DNA of 64,000 nucleotides, taken from the NCBI GenBank assembly GCA_951406725.2, contig OX597827.1, positions 38,626,001-38,690,000 of the forward strand, in the 5' to 3' direction. Shown one piece after another: positions 28,963-43,036 of this stretch. A program made the translations under genes and the position numbers. The notes under the pieces were generated by a model. That model did not search any database, was not told the DNA's origin, and saw nothing but the letters and a program-made list of their open reading frames with translations. The stretch's first letter is position 1. Each line of letters begins with the position of its first letter. This stretch comes from Octopus vulgaris. Lineage: Eukaryota.

Positions 28963-30359
28963 TTCACTGATAATTGTTCCAACACTAACACACATCAATG
29001 AGGTAGGTATGTATGTATGTCTGTATGTATCATCATCATCATTCAAATAACATTGGATAATGTAGTTTAAGAGACATTGCCTAGGTCAGGAGTTCTCAAC
29101 CATTTTTTAACTATAGACCCCTTTGATTACTATTTTACTTTTGTGGACCCCCATTGCCATTCAATGTTTCAAAACTAGTTTTATAGGAACCTCTTTCAAA
29201 ATTCCTATACATGAATTTGTGTAGATTCAACCATGTAAAATGTTAGAGAAAGAAACCTCGTTTCTTGTGCAATACATACAAATACATCTAAAGCAAAATT
29301 TTTCAGGGGTCCCTTAAAATACTATCGTGGGTCCCCAGTTTACTATTTTATTGTGTGGGCACCCACTCCATATTTTATATGGACCTTCAGGGGCCATATG
29401 GACCCCGGTTGAGAACTGGCCACAGCTGCAATGTCTATGGCTATAGGTTTGCTTACTCAGGGACAAATTAGAGTTAAATAATAATAATAATAATAATAAT
29501 GTTAAAGCTGGCAGGATCTTTAGTGCATTAGACAACATGCTTAGTAACATTTCTCCTGGCTCTTTATGATATAAGTTCAAATATTGTTGAAGTCATCCTT
29601 TCAGGGTTGATAAAATAAAGTACCAGTCAAATACTGAGGGGTGATGTAAGCTGGCATTGTGCCAAAATAGTGTGTGTGTTTGTTATTTTAATGTCCACTT
29701 CTCCATGCATGCATGGATCAGATAGTTTGAGACAGATTTTCTATACATAGATGCCCTTCTGGTTGTTGCCGACCCTCACCTATTTCCAAGCAAGGTAATA
29801 TTTCCATGGCCAGAGAGGTTTTTACTGAGGACTGAGATGAACAACATCATATGTAATGCCTAGATAAGGGTGCATGCGCATGCACACACACATAAATGAT
29901 GATGATTGTCCACTTGTGACTGAAGAAGACCTTCATTGGCCATTACCCATGCAAAATGCCAAGAATGTGTGTGCATGAGGTTATTGCACCAACAATTGGC
30001 TTCACCAGGGTTCACATCCACACTTTCCAAGCTTGACACGGCACCCTCCAAATCAACTAGTCATTGGATAGTCACCTCACTACACATTGCACAACTTAAC
30101 ATTTTAGGTCCAATAAGGCTTACACAGATCCTTTCCATCTTGCTGACATAAGCCAGGGCAAGATATCCAGTGCCAATATAGGTCAGATTCAGGAATGTGA
30201 AACTGTCATGGTCTTCAGCACAAGCAAAAGATCCCCAAAATGTTTAATGCCATTCCCTGCATTTCTGGTTTTCTGTCAGTGACCTTTCCCTGCAGACATG
30301 CTTTAACAAAAGTTGAGGAGTGCATCACTCTGAGTGGTCTTCCAGCACACAGGACACCA

Positions 30360-30645
30360 ACTCAGAATTTCTGACAAGTCCATGCTATTATTAGATAGTT
30401 GTTGAACCTGCACTCGGTTCAATGTCCTTTTGACAGGTATTGCTTTTAATCCTGCTGGGTTTCTAGCAACACTCCTCACCAAGCAAGCCTAGTGGGACTG
30501 CCACTCAGAATTTCTGACAAGTCCATGCTATTATTAGATAGTTGTTGAACCTGCACTCGGTTCAATGTCCTTTTGACAGGTATTGCTTTTAATCCTGCTG
30601 GGTTTCTAGCAACACTCCTCACCAAGCAAGCCTAGTGGAACTGCC
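30360..30645. repeat. Near-perfect 143-bp tandem duplication
   Basis: actcagaatttctgacaagtcc...cctagtgg(g/a)actgcc repeated at 30360 and 30503; one mismatch seen. Confidence 0.95.
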
Positions 30646-30670
30646 AGTTCAGTTGCTGAAGACCCAACCA

Positions 30671-30701
<31 letters not shown>

Positions 30702-30702
30702 A

Positions 30703-30739
<37 letters not shown>

Positions 30740-31037
30740 TAAATTAAATTAAATTAAATTAGAGATAAAACCACTATTAGGCAAATCAAACAGTGAAAAA
30801 CATAAGCCAATACAAAATTAATTTAAAAATATAAAAGTTAAAAATTAAAAAATTATTAAAATAATTTAAACTTATAAATTTTAAATATATACATACAAAT
30901 ATATATATATATATATGTATGTATATTTTTATATTTATATATTATTTTGTTTAATAATTAATTTATTTTTTATTTATTTATTTTTTTTATATAAATATCA
31001 AAAGTATTAAAAGTTTAATAAAAGATAAAGAGTAAAA

Positions 31038-31130
31038 CACTATGATCGTTTCATGGCTGTACCTATTTGAATAACTAATTTAAATTCAGTTAATAATTTG
31101 AGTTTTGGTTACAGTCAATCTTCAGGTTAA
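31038..31130 (-). ncRNA. Degenerate hammerhead ribozyme motif in AT-rich Penelope-like remnant (~30760-31200)
   Basis: Minus strand: CUGAAGA-uugacugua...uacagccau-GAAA-cgauca-UA; stem II/III mismatches. Confidence 0.45.
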
Positions 31131-34100
31131 TTGAAATATTTTTTAAAATAATCAGAAATATTTAAACAATATTTTTAAGATATAAATAATATAATAATTT
31201 TACTTATAATAAACTCTATTATCAAACTAGAAACTTAAAACTTAATAATTATGATTATATCAAAATCGATTATAATGTTAAATATTAATTTTAATTTTTA
31301 AGGTAAGAAACCCACCGATAATCTAATGTCAGTAATAGTCTATATCTAATTACATAAATATTAAAAAAAAACAAAAAACTATTATATACAAAAAATTATC
31401 AATGGATATATATAAATGTATATGAATATTATAATTAAGATCTAAAATAATCTCTATAAATAAATATATATGCACATATAATAAAGACCTATTAAATTAA
31501 TATTTTATATTTAAAGATGAAATATCTAAATTCAAAAATACAAACAAACGAACTTTCGGAAATCTTATTTAAAATACTTATAGAAATAATCAATTCGTAG
31601 TTATATAGTATCGAATAAATACTATAAATATATTTATCAATGGCAAATATCAATTTAAAAAGACAATAACTAAGTTATGCTATTAAGTTAGACATGGCCT
31701 GGACCAATCTTTGGTCGAAACATATCTAAGTTTATCTAATTTTAATTATAAGAAATTAAAAACTACAATTAATATATGTATATACATAAATCTAACTTTA
31801 GACAACTTGTAATCTTGCTATCAAACAACATATCTATCGCTAAGTGATATCTTACGAATAAACTTAAATTTAATATCTAATAATTATATAGAAAATTACG
31901 ATAATTAGATCATTACATAAACAACAATATTTATCATAAGAAAAATATTATTACACCAAAGACTTATAAATATTAAAATTTACAATTTAAAGATGTTAAA
32001 TATAAATAGATACTTATCTTAGCGAGGTTTTGTAATATATATATATAGATAAAACTTACTTGGAAATGGATGCGTGGCGTTCCATCATATAATAGCAAAA
32101 TAATAAATAAAAAATATGCATATATACATACATATATGTACGTACCTACATCTATATGTATATAGACATGCATATATGGGTACAGGACACCAAAAAAACA
32201 TCGAACACAATGAGAAACAAAACCAAGGAAACAGACATTTTTTTAAACAATGGAAAAACAGAGTAAAAGACATACAACACAAGGAATATTCCCCTTCTTC
32301 AGCCGCCTCTGTTTCATCTACCCCGTGTTTCGAAGGTAAAGGCGAGACACAACTTTGTGGAAACAGTCCTTCCCGCAAAGCAAATTAAATAAAATTTGAG
32401 ATTTTTTGCAGAAGGGTAAAAGTGCCCGACATCACAAAATGCATCTGAATAAACATTGCCGGACAGCAAACAGAGACTCGGACATTGCTTAGAAAATAAT
32501 CTTCATTTTTAACCTCGTATATTGTACACACTAGGGATTTTGACCTTTAAATTTTTGGGGAAAAATGCGGATTATACTCAAGGATTTATGGTAATTTAAA
32601 ATAATATGAATAAATAAGCATTACTTTTGACAGAAAAATCTGAATGCTAGAGGGTTAAAGGGACATCAAAACTGGCCTTATCATAGTTGTTTTGTTCATG
32701 ATTGTATAGTGCCCAAAAGAAATCAGTCTCTTATATAAGGGGACATAAAATCTTGATTACCTTCAAAAAGCAGCACTTATGTACAATCACTACATGAATA
32801 ATTTATAAGTAGACTTTTCACAGTCTCTACAAATTCTAGACTTTACTATCTCTCATTTTACGTCTGCTTATCAATGATGTCATGGGATTCGAAAAATCTT
32901 TTTTTTTAGGCAATGTTTTTTATGGCCAGATACCATCGATGGTACATATCCATTTAGTTGTCTCTTATGTACAAAGATCCAGTATATCTATTCTAAAAAC
33001 TGAGATAATGGAAGGGTCCAGGGGTCAAGAACACCAGAGGTCTCCACTGCCACAAAGTGACCAATACTTTGACAGTTTTCTTTTCTCAGCCTGACAAGCA
33101 GCAGAACCTGGCCAGGCAGCGGAACACACCAAGCTGCCTACTCTTCAACAGGTTTATGGTCAAGTGGAGACCTTTGGCATTCTCAGCCCCCAGACCATGT
33201 CCCTGCTTGGCTGTTCTAGCACATATTCCCCGCTATCCTCATGGAAAATGCCTTTTCTATTTTGTCTGCTGAGACCATGAGGCAGGAAATTGAGAGAATG
33301 TAAGAATTCCGTAGCTTGGGTTGGACCAGAACCTCAAGTCTCTTTGCCCTATACACTGTGCAGTGATAAGGTAATTGATTACAAGTACATGAAAGAGCTA
33401 AGGAAGATTTAACTAATCTTTCACGGTTGAGAAACTTGTATTAAATTCTTTTAGCTTGTATTAAATCCAGATGAGACTAATAATTGTACTGACAAGTAAG
33501 GGAAGTCATAGATATGTGATATTTAGTTTAGGAACTCATTGCCATATTTTTAGAACACAGCTTATATAGATTTTAATGGATGCAAGTATGGCTGTGTAGT
33601 TAAAAAGCTTGACAAATAACCAAGCATTTCTGAGTCTGATTTCACTGCACATCACCTTGAGCCACTATCCTCCACCACAGCTTAAAGCTAATCAATATCC
33701 TGCAATAAAAAAAATCTAAATAATGGAAACTGTGTAGAAGCCCATATTATGGTCATCAAGATTTTGCATATACTGATATTTCTATAACATAACCAAAGTT
33801 GTTCATCAAAGGCTCAGGTTTTCCTTTAGTTTTGAAAAGCTGTTAACATGCAATTTTTTTTATATATTTTGTTTTTGTCTCACACAACAAAACTTAAAAA
33901 CGTATGTATGGTTAAACAGCTGCTACACACCACACACAAGCATTCTTAATCTTATCTGAAAAGAGGTCAACAAACTACCAATCATCACAAGAACATTAAT
34001 GTTTTTTTTTTTTTTCTGTTTATCTTTATTGTTTTTGTTCTTTTGAACAACCAAGCTGTGCGCCACAAAACTCACTCCTTATTCTTACTCAGAAAAATTC

Positions 34101-35097
34101 ACAAGCTAATACGTGAAACTACCTAGTAGCTTGACCTGCTAAGAAACAGAAACTAAACTTCTCTCAACCCATTATTCTACTGGCTTAAGAGAAAAAAACT
34201 CATTTGGATAATATGATCATACATATATTCTATATAATGGAATATATGGCGTAGGAGTGGCTGTGTGGTAAGTAGCTTGCTTACGAACCACATGGTTCCG
34301 GGGACGTAAACACACCAGCATCGGTTGTCAAGTGATGTTGGGGGGACAAACACAGATACACAAACATATATACACACATATACATATATACAACAGGCTT
34401 CTTTCAGTTTCCATCTACCAAATCCATTCACAAGGCTTTGGTTGGCCCGAGGCTATAATAGAAGACACTTGCCCAAGGTGCCATGGTAAAGAGGAAGAAT
34501 GGCTTTGATAGCAGAGCCCTGAGAATCATCAAGAACATCAAATAGTGCCATCCCATTTCCAACAAAGAACTGTGGGCATGCATACATCATCCTGCAGCCT
34601 CCCACCTCATAGCTATCTGCTGCATGTGCTGGTACAGATTGTCTTCCACCTCCTGTAAGATTATCCTACCTGGACCTTACACTCACTCAATGCAGCAACT
34701 GCAGGCTACAAAAGACCCAGTGGCAGTCATTGCACCAGATGACTGGATTCAATTAAGGAAGTTTTCCAGAGGTTCATCCCTTGGGGGATGCAGAGGAGCT
34801 GGCATAAGACCACTAGCGATGGGGAGCAACTCTACGCACAATGATGTCATATATATATATATATATATATCACGTGATCAAGTGACCGACCAGACCATCA
34901 GATGTTGCTACACGTCGCTGGTCACAATGCGTTCACATTGTTTTAGCCTTCGAATGACGCCACCCTGCTGGCTAAGCGAGCAGGCCAACAGAAGAAAGAG
35001 TGGTGAAAGAGTACAGCAGGGATCACCACACCCTGCCAGAGCCTCTGGGAATCGAAACCGCGAGTCCACTGCCCTAACCACTGGGCCATTGCGCCTC

Positions 35098-35153
<56 letters not shown>

Positions 35154-35639
35154 AAAGCAAGTTGTCTGTGTCAAGTTGCTGTCTACACCCGTTAACGAAT
35201 TTTCGTGAAACTTTGCAAACATGCTAAAGTAACATCCAGTTTGTTACTAAGCTCATTGAAGTTTAATAAAAATTTATAATTGATGGTTAGGGATCCACAT
35301 ATATAACCACTATATTTTATTTTAACAGCCAAGGGAAATAACCCATTCATTTTTCTACATCATTTGGTATAAAACACGTTGAGTATGTTTATTTGTTAGT
35401 ATTTGAACTGTTAGAATTATTTTCACAATTTACCCTGTACAACCCTTAAACAAGTAAATATTATTTTCCTAAACAATAGATCCACTTATTTTGGTTAGTG
35501 ATTTATTCACGAATATACCATGAATGACGATGTCTTTCATGTCACTTCAGCCAATTGACAAGCATTGCATGACGAACAGTTCTGCTTTTGGAGAAATGCA
35601 CTGTTATCACAAACGTCACACCCTGTTTACATGTAGGAA

Positions 35640-37440
35640 CACCTTCTTAAAATCTATCTGTACATCTTGAAAATGGCCAGTGTTTATATTTCACAGAAGA
35701 CAATGCTCAGAACATAGTTCTGAATCACCCAGTAACCTCTTTGACAGCTTTCTTCAAATTATGCCAAAGTGATCTGTTTGCCCAAACACTGTTGTATGTA
35801 GAGATCCCCTTGTACTATACCTGGGCACACAATAGATGGAATAGGCACAAGCAAAGAGCACACAGTGAGGGCTAGGAAGAAGATGCTGTTTTCAGAAGTG
35901 GGGCCATCGGGTGGGTGCACACTGTACATCCTAATCAGCAGGAGTGCTTCTTTCTGCATCTACTGCTGCACACTGTCAGAGGTCCTACATCATTCACAGA
36001 CTTTCAAAGACACACAGAGGAAGTCTTCATGGCCTACAGAGAAGCCTGCACTCAACATGGACTACTAGAGGACGATGCTCACTGGGACCAGACACTAGAG
36101 GAGTCATCAGAGCACTAAGTCAACTGTGCCACCTATTTTCTATTATGTTGATGACATGTGGCTTGTGTGAACCTCTCAAGCTTTGGGTGACCCACAAAAC
36201 CAGCATGGCAGAGGACATCCTACAAAGGATTCAAAGGCAAACCTCAGCGGAAATTGCCACGTTCAATAACGCCATTTACAATGGGGCATTACTTGACCTG
36301 GACACCTGAGTGCAAGCTATGGGAAGTCAAGGCAATTCCACATTTGGTCTGCTCAACCAGAGCAGGCAGCAAACAATCTCACAATTGAGCACCTGCAAGA
36401 AATCAGCTATGACATCAAAGAAATGACGGTGTATATAGCTGATAAAGGACACAAAATGATGGAGGACCAACTGGGTGTTTATAACACCATAATTTCAAGC
36501 ATTGAAAATGAAAGAGGTCTTTTCTTTCTGGCTGCTCCAGGTGGAACTGAAAAAACATTTGTCATCAACCTTCTGGCTAAACTGTGCCAAATGAAATACA
36601 CTGCTGTAGCAGTGGTATCAAGTGGAATAGCTGCAACTCTGCTAAGTGGTGGCCACACAGGTCATGTTTCAAACTCCCTTTGGACCTGTCCAAGAAAGAG
36701 AAGGCAAACTGCAACATTAGTTGTGGTTCTATAAAAAGCAAACTTCTGGGTGAATGCAGGTTGATCATCTGGGATGAAGCAACAATGAGACATAGGGTTT
36801 CCTTTGAAGCTCTTGACATGACCCTTCAGGGTCTGAGACACAACACTGGGCTCATGGGAGGTGCCACAGTCTTGCTTGCAAGAGACTTTCGACAACCCTT
36901 CCCATGGTTCCAAAGAGGACAAGAGCTGATGAAGTAAATGCCAACATAAAGTCGTCCTACTTATGGAGCAGTGTGCAAAAGCTAAGACTCACAACCAACA
37001 TGAGAGTGCAGAACCTTTTCAAAGCAACTGTTGGACATCGGTAATGGCACTTCAGATGGTGAGAAGGATGGCTGGGTAAGCTTGCCTTTTGGACATATGG
37101 TATCTGATTTAAAGGAACTAATGAATAAAGTGTTTCCTAACCCAAGGAATCAGTTTACAGACCACAACTGGCTGAAAACTCATGCCATTTTAGCTCCAGA
37201 GAATGTGGTAGTTAATGATTTGAACTTTAAATTTCTAGAACAGTTGCCAGTTGAGCATCACATCTACAATTCCATTAATGATGTACTCAACATTGATGAA
37301 GCTGTGAATTATCCAGTTGAATTCTTGAATAGTCTAACACAACCTGGCCTCCCGCTTCACAACTTGCACCTCAAGATTGGGGCACCAGTTATGTTGCTTC
37401 AAAACTTCGATCCACCAAAGGTTTGCAATGACTTGAGGCT
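35640..37440 (+). pseudogene. Decayed Helitron RepHel PIF1-like helicase region
   Basis: Frameshifted segments FFLAAPGGTEKTF (Walker A), VSSGIAATLLSGG, LIIWDEATM (Walker B), YPVEFLNSLTQPGLPLHNLHLKIGAPVMLLQNFDPP. Confidence 0.9.
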
Positions 37441-38271
37441 GAGCCACACGTTGCACACAATATTTGCTGGATCAGTAGGTGCAGGAGTTATTCAATTCTA
37501 AAAATTGGAACAACAACAACCACAACAAGAACAAAAAAAGATACTGGCTAAATATCTTATTGTTATGCTTTCACATGTATTAACTTGATAATATATCTAT
37601 TTTAGGTGGAGGCACATGGCCCAGTGGTTAGAGCAGCAGACTCACGGTCGAGGGATCTCAGACTGGGCGATGTGTGTGTTTATGAGTGAAACACCTAAGC
37701 TCCAAGTGGCTCTGGCAGAAGGTAATGGTGAACTTTTGCTGACTCTTTTGCCACAACTTTCTCTCACTCTTCCCTCCTGCATTTTGCAGCTCACCTGCAA
37801 CGGACTGGTGTCCCGTCCAGGTGGGGAGCCTATATGCTAAGGAAACTGGAAAACCAGCCTTTATGAGACAGGCATGGCTCGAGAAGGAACAAATATATCT
37901 ATTTCAGACTATATTTGGTTTGGCAGAAGCAGCTACTGCTGAGGAGAATATCCAGCCTGAAATGTATTACCTTTCATATTATTCTGATGGTATTGTTATA
38001 CCAAACTTTGGGAAGCAGCTGACAGGTAAATCACTTATACCTTTAAAGAAGTAATTTTTTTGTTTATATAAATAATTTGTTCTAATTTCTAGTTGTGTAA
38101 ACTAAATCAGGTCAACCACTGCTGACTTAGACTAAACAAGTATTGAAGCCTTGACCTTCCATTTTTGCATATTTCTGACTACAATGTTTATATTTGTGTT
38201 ATAAAATATAAATTGTTGGGTTTGATGATTGTTGTTAAAAGTCAATGAACTGTCCTCTTTCTTGTTACCTT

Positions 38272-38450
38272 TCTCTCTCTCTTGTCTCTCCCCTCTCTCT
38301 CTCATCTCTCCCCTCTCTTTCTCTCATCTCTCCCCTCACTCTCTCTCGTCTCTCCCCTCTCTCTCTCACTCTCCCCTCTCTCTCTCTCGTCTCCCCTCTC
38401 TCTTTCACTATTCTCCCTCTCTTGCTTCCTCTACCTCTTTCTCTTTCTCT
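38272..38450. repeat. CT-rich low-complexity tract
   Basis: Degenerate (ct)n / tctcccctctc units. Confidence 0.9.
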
Positions 38451-39228
38451 GGCCAGGTAACCATGTACCTCCTCTGTAGCAAGACACCTGTTTCTGCCTC
38501 TCTGTCTCTCTCTCACACTCTAACTTTTCCTCATCTGGCACAAGATCACCTCCTCCATTGCCCCCCCTCTTCTCTCAAAATTCTTTGTCTTATAAGTTAC
38601 TTGTTGACCCTGCTGGTGCTGGTGCTGCATAAAAAGATCTAATCCACACTGTGAAGTGGTTGGCATTTGAAAGGGCATCCAGCTGTAAAAACCATGCCAA
38701 AACTGACCTTGCTTGTGCTGGTGCCTTGTAAAAAGCCAATCTATGAAGTGTCCACTTTATAGGGTGGTTGGTGTTAAGAAGGGCATCCAACCATAAAAAC
38801 CATGTTGAAACAGACACAGCAGCCTGGTGTAGTCTTCTACATGGCTGGCTCCTGTCAAACCATCCAACCCATGCCAGCAGGGAAGGTGGACATTAAATGA
38901 TGATGATGAGTACATGCATATGCACATATATTACGTGATCACGTGACTGACCAGGCTATCAGATGTTGCTACACATCACTGGTCACAATGTGCTTCACAT
39001 TGTTTTAGCCTTCAAATGACGTCACCCCGCTGGCTAAGCGAGCAGGCCAATAGAAGAAAGAGTGAGAGAAAGTTGCGACGAAAGAGTATAGCAGGGATCG
39101 CCACCACCTCATGGAACTTTAGATGTTTACGCTCAATAATCACTCACAATGCCTGGTCTGGGAATCGAAACCACAATCCTACATCTATGAGTCCGCTGCC
39201 CTAACCACTGGGCCATTGTGCCTCCATA

Positions 39229-39302
<74 letters not shown>

Positions 39303-39394
39303 AACACACACACACATTCAAAATGTGACCGCGTGTGTACTGTTGGTGATTTTATTCCTCTGTCTTCCCTTCTTTGGATCTTTCCTTCTCCTAT

Positions 39395-39429
39395 GTTTCT
39401 GACGTAGAGCTCCGCTCGAAACGTTAAAC
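39395..39429 (+). ncRNA. Minimal hammerhead ribozyme motif in short element (~39315-39525) between (TA)n arrays
   Basis: guuu-CUGACG(U)A-gagc-ucc-gcuc-GAAA-cg-UU-aaac; stems I and II perfect, one core deviation. Confidence 0.6.
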
Positions 39430-39520
39430 CCTCCTTCTTTCCTGAGCGTCCAATAATACTATATTTGTTCCACGTCCTCGCGTTGTTGTGTTTTCTCTTT
39501 GTGTTTTCATGTTTGGATTA

Positions 39521-39571
<51 letters not shown>

Positions 39572-40554
39572 ATTTATGAATATATATTTAGATCCATTGA
39601 AATTTGTTTGGGATATATTTTACCTGTACAAAGGTCAAATTTACTTCAAACTTGCCATGGAGATCCTTTCTTGCTTGAGGGAACAGATGATCAAAAAATA
39701 CCAACCGTCATTTCAAGGTACCATCTGGCAGAAGTAACGAATGCAGTTTGAGTGTTTTGCCTATCATCAGCACCATGTACTACAAGAGATATCACCCTTA
39801 AATGACTTCAGAAACCATTTTTTTGCCTTATAGTAATTCAGTATCCAAACGTGAACTGATTATGTGCAATGCCACCCTTGGCATGAACAAAATATTGCAG
39901 TAGCCATGCAAAAGCAGTGTTGTTAATAAATAAACATTTAGATCAGGAAAAGACTTTTTACCAAAGTCATTTCAGGATTGTCTCTCTTGCCTGTGAATGT
40001 CATGGGCACTGTCCCTGTATATCGACTTCTTTTTTTACTAACATCTATCTCACTTCACTATAGAGTCCACTTGTTTCACTGATTTATCACTATGTACTCC
40101 AACTGATACGTTACTTCGCCCATCATTGGAGCTCAACTATATAATGGAGATTTCGGTAGCATAGCTGATTTGAGAGAGAGAGAGAAGAAGAAGAACCAAA
40201 AATAGTACATGATGATTGGAACTTTATTGAATTCCCAAAAATTTTTTTTACTTGAAATCTCAAAACTATGACATAAATGCATGGTTAATTCAAATACTGA
40301 CTAAATAATCAGTACATATGACATAATATTCTGAATACTGAAGGTATATTAACTTTATGAAATATGTTCATGCTATTAACCCAATTGAGTTATTTCCCTT
40401 AGCTCAGGTTTTTTTCCATATTTTTTAATGGTATATTTAAGACTGCATTAACTCATATGAGTTGAGAGAGAGAGAGAGAGGGAGATGTAACTGCAATTTC
40501 TAGCCAGTATAACCCACCCAGTCGTTATAACATAGAAGATATTTTGTTTATTTC

Positions 40555-40620
40555 GAATGAATTCGAACGTGGAGCAAGCGCTATGATTAGAAACTAGCCA
40601 CCGGAAGTCAGTCGTTTAAG
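40555..40620 (+). promoter_or_regulatory. Putative core promoter of ARMH3
   Basis: ETS site CCGGAAGT (40601-40608) abutting Inr-like TCAGTC (40608-40613) at the start of a CpG-retaining region (~40.5-43.4 kb). Confidence 0.55.
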
Positions 40621-40835
40621 CCGTAGTTACGTAAAGTCTGGGGGTGACTGAATCACATTGATTTGTTGTTCTCTCTTGTCATGTCTTACGCCCTTTGATC
40701 TTCTTGTCGGTTAAACTGACTTATTTCCACTATTCAGTTGTTTTTTTCCCCCACTTTCTCTATTTTTTTTCGCAATCTTTCAAATTCTATATATTACTAT
40801 GACTATTCTGTCGTAGAAGTAACTACAACGAAAAG
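40610..40835 (+). other. Putative non-coding first exon of ARMH3
   Basis: Ends at strong donor aaag|gtaaga (40835/40836); downstream of Inr-like motif; start uncertain. Confidence 0.5.
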
Positions 40836-41355
40836 GTAAGATTATTAGATTTTTTTTTCTTTTTCTTCGTTGTCCAAAGTTCAGTTTTATTGAATATGGA
40901 TCTTTCACTGCCTCGAAAATGATGAGAAATAAGAATATATATATATAATATTGTTCAGAACAATGTTATTATTTCATATTAAGCATGAAACAATAATGAC
41001 TAGATTAAAATAAAATCTACGAACAACAAGTACCAACTAGAACTAGAAACCTCATCTCCTGCGTAGCATCTTGTAATATGGTTTTCCCTATTGAACAACG
41101 AAAACAATCCAGATTATTAAAACAACAAAAACAGTGCAGCATTTTAAATTAGTTTTATTGTTGCTTGCTTGTTTTGATTTTTCAATTAAGAAAGTTTGGT
41201 GAATCAATAATTAATTTCACGCTTTGTTTGTGACTTGTTTTCTGTTCAACTATTTAATAATGCGAGAATTGCAGATTTTGTTACCTTCTGGTTTTGTGTC
41301 AAAATCAGAGATCTCGAAAGTTAGAAAGGCTGTGCGCTTTTTTCGAATTTACGTA

Positions 41356-41390
<35 letters not shown>

Positions 41391-43036
41391 AACGAGACGT
41401 ACATATCTACGTGTGATGTGTGTATAAACACGTACTCACTATTGTTTTCTAATGACGAGGCATGGTGGGAGAGCGGTTGTAATCGGTTGATTTAGTCAGT
41501 CTTCGTATATCGATGATACCTGTTGTATCGGTCCATTAGAACGGTAAGGCAAGTGGAGGGGCGAAAGAAAATAATGCAAGGTATATTTAGTCCTGCTCTC
41601 TACTGTATCGACTAAATAACCACCATATATATACATATCGAGAGAGTTCTTGGGGAAAATCGATGTAAGACCTACTTGAAAAATAATAGTTCATGTAGTT
41701 CCTGGTTTGATCGGCTATCGTTGGGGAACTATGACAGTCAATCACACAAGTTTCGAACTGTCGTTATTGTTACTGCTAAATTGTGTTACTGTTTGTTAAA
41801 TTATATGTTGTTGTGTCCCTCCCCCTCCCTGTTATATCTGATCAAGCAGGCATAAGTTCAAAGGAGGTTCCAGCCGTGACCATTCTGTCTTTCGGGAAAA
41901 GTGTACCCTGGACTACTTTACTCAACGTGTCCTTTTCTAAAAACTGACGGGTGCGATTTAAAGGAGATTTAGCTTTAATTCTAGCATGTTGAGTGGACAC
42001 GGTCTTCCTTGATGGCTCGATTATATTTTATTTGTTATTACCTACATTGAAATAAAATTTGCGTAAATCTTGCCTTTAGTGTTCCGAAATAAGGATGAGG
42101 GGACCGCCAAGTTTAGATATCTTTTGTAATCCCTTGTTTATTTCGCCCTATTTTATAGCTTCTGTTACTTTTACTTCTCCCCATGGAATTTGTATGTGAC
42201 AACTTTGATTTCATATCACGAGTGAGGAGGGGTGAGAATTAAAGAAAACATAACTCATGTTGGAAAACTTATTACGCTTGATCTTTTCTTCTTTCACTGT
42301 CCATCTAACTCGAACTTGTAGTTGTCATGTTTACATCAACTGGACCAGGCAGGTAATTTGTCTGTCTATCGTGTGCTAGCATGAAACATCTCCTCCCCCG
42401 ATAACTTTTGCGGGACATTCTAGTCTGATATTAGCCATCGTAAACATTTCTTTTTTTTTTTTTAATTTAAGAGAGAAGGCAGTGCCCATGACTTATTATA
42501 GGACGTACGAGTCCACTCACTCCGCTGTAAGCATTCGGGAAACTTGACACGAATGCTTGCAACAGAATGGACTCCGTTAAAGGCACCAAGTGCCAGCTGG
42601 TGGTGTTAAATCTGGCGACGAGTTAAATCTATCACCCAACTTGACCATGGTTGGATTTGCAGAACAACTAACGCAAGACGTGCGGTCCGATATTCTTACA
42701 GTTACGCCAGTTCACTGCTTTGGATTTGTGATACATTTTTTTTATTGATCTCGATGGACGGAAGGCAGAGTTAACCTCGACAAGATTTCAACTTCATTTA
42801 ATACGATGTTGTTGTTGTTTAGACCCAGGTCAGCCCCGATTAAGATATACGTGTGATCAAAGATATTCTTGTGATGACCATCCCATATTTTTTTCAGATA
42901 TGCACTATTATTAAATGTGTCCTTACATTTGAAAACAATATAGTTCGATCTAAGGATGATTCAGCGAATATTCCCAGCAGGATGAAGGTCTGCGTAAAGG
43001 CGACCTCTTTCGTTTGTCAGTAATATTGTTGATTAA

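Noticed and set aside
31688-31731. gaccaa-tct-ttggtc-GAAA hairpin resembling half a hammerhead
   Set aside because: No CUGANGA box upstream of the stem
32280-32340. Minus-strand ctgaagaagggg plus gaaac motifs
   Set aside because: Order and pairing do not give a hammerhead topology
34624-35208. 194-aa ORF
   Set aside because: Runs through SINE and microsatellite sequence; no recognisable domain
37606-37680. Possible tRNA gene
   Set aside because: tRNA-like A-box head of a SINE; no complete cloverleaf, and it continues into SINE body
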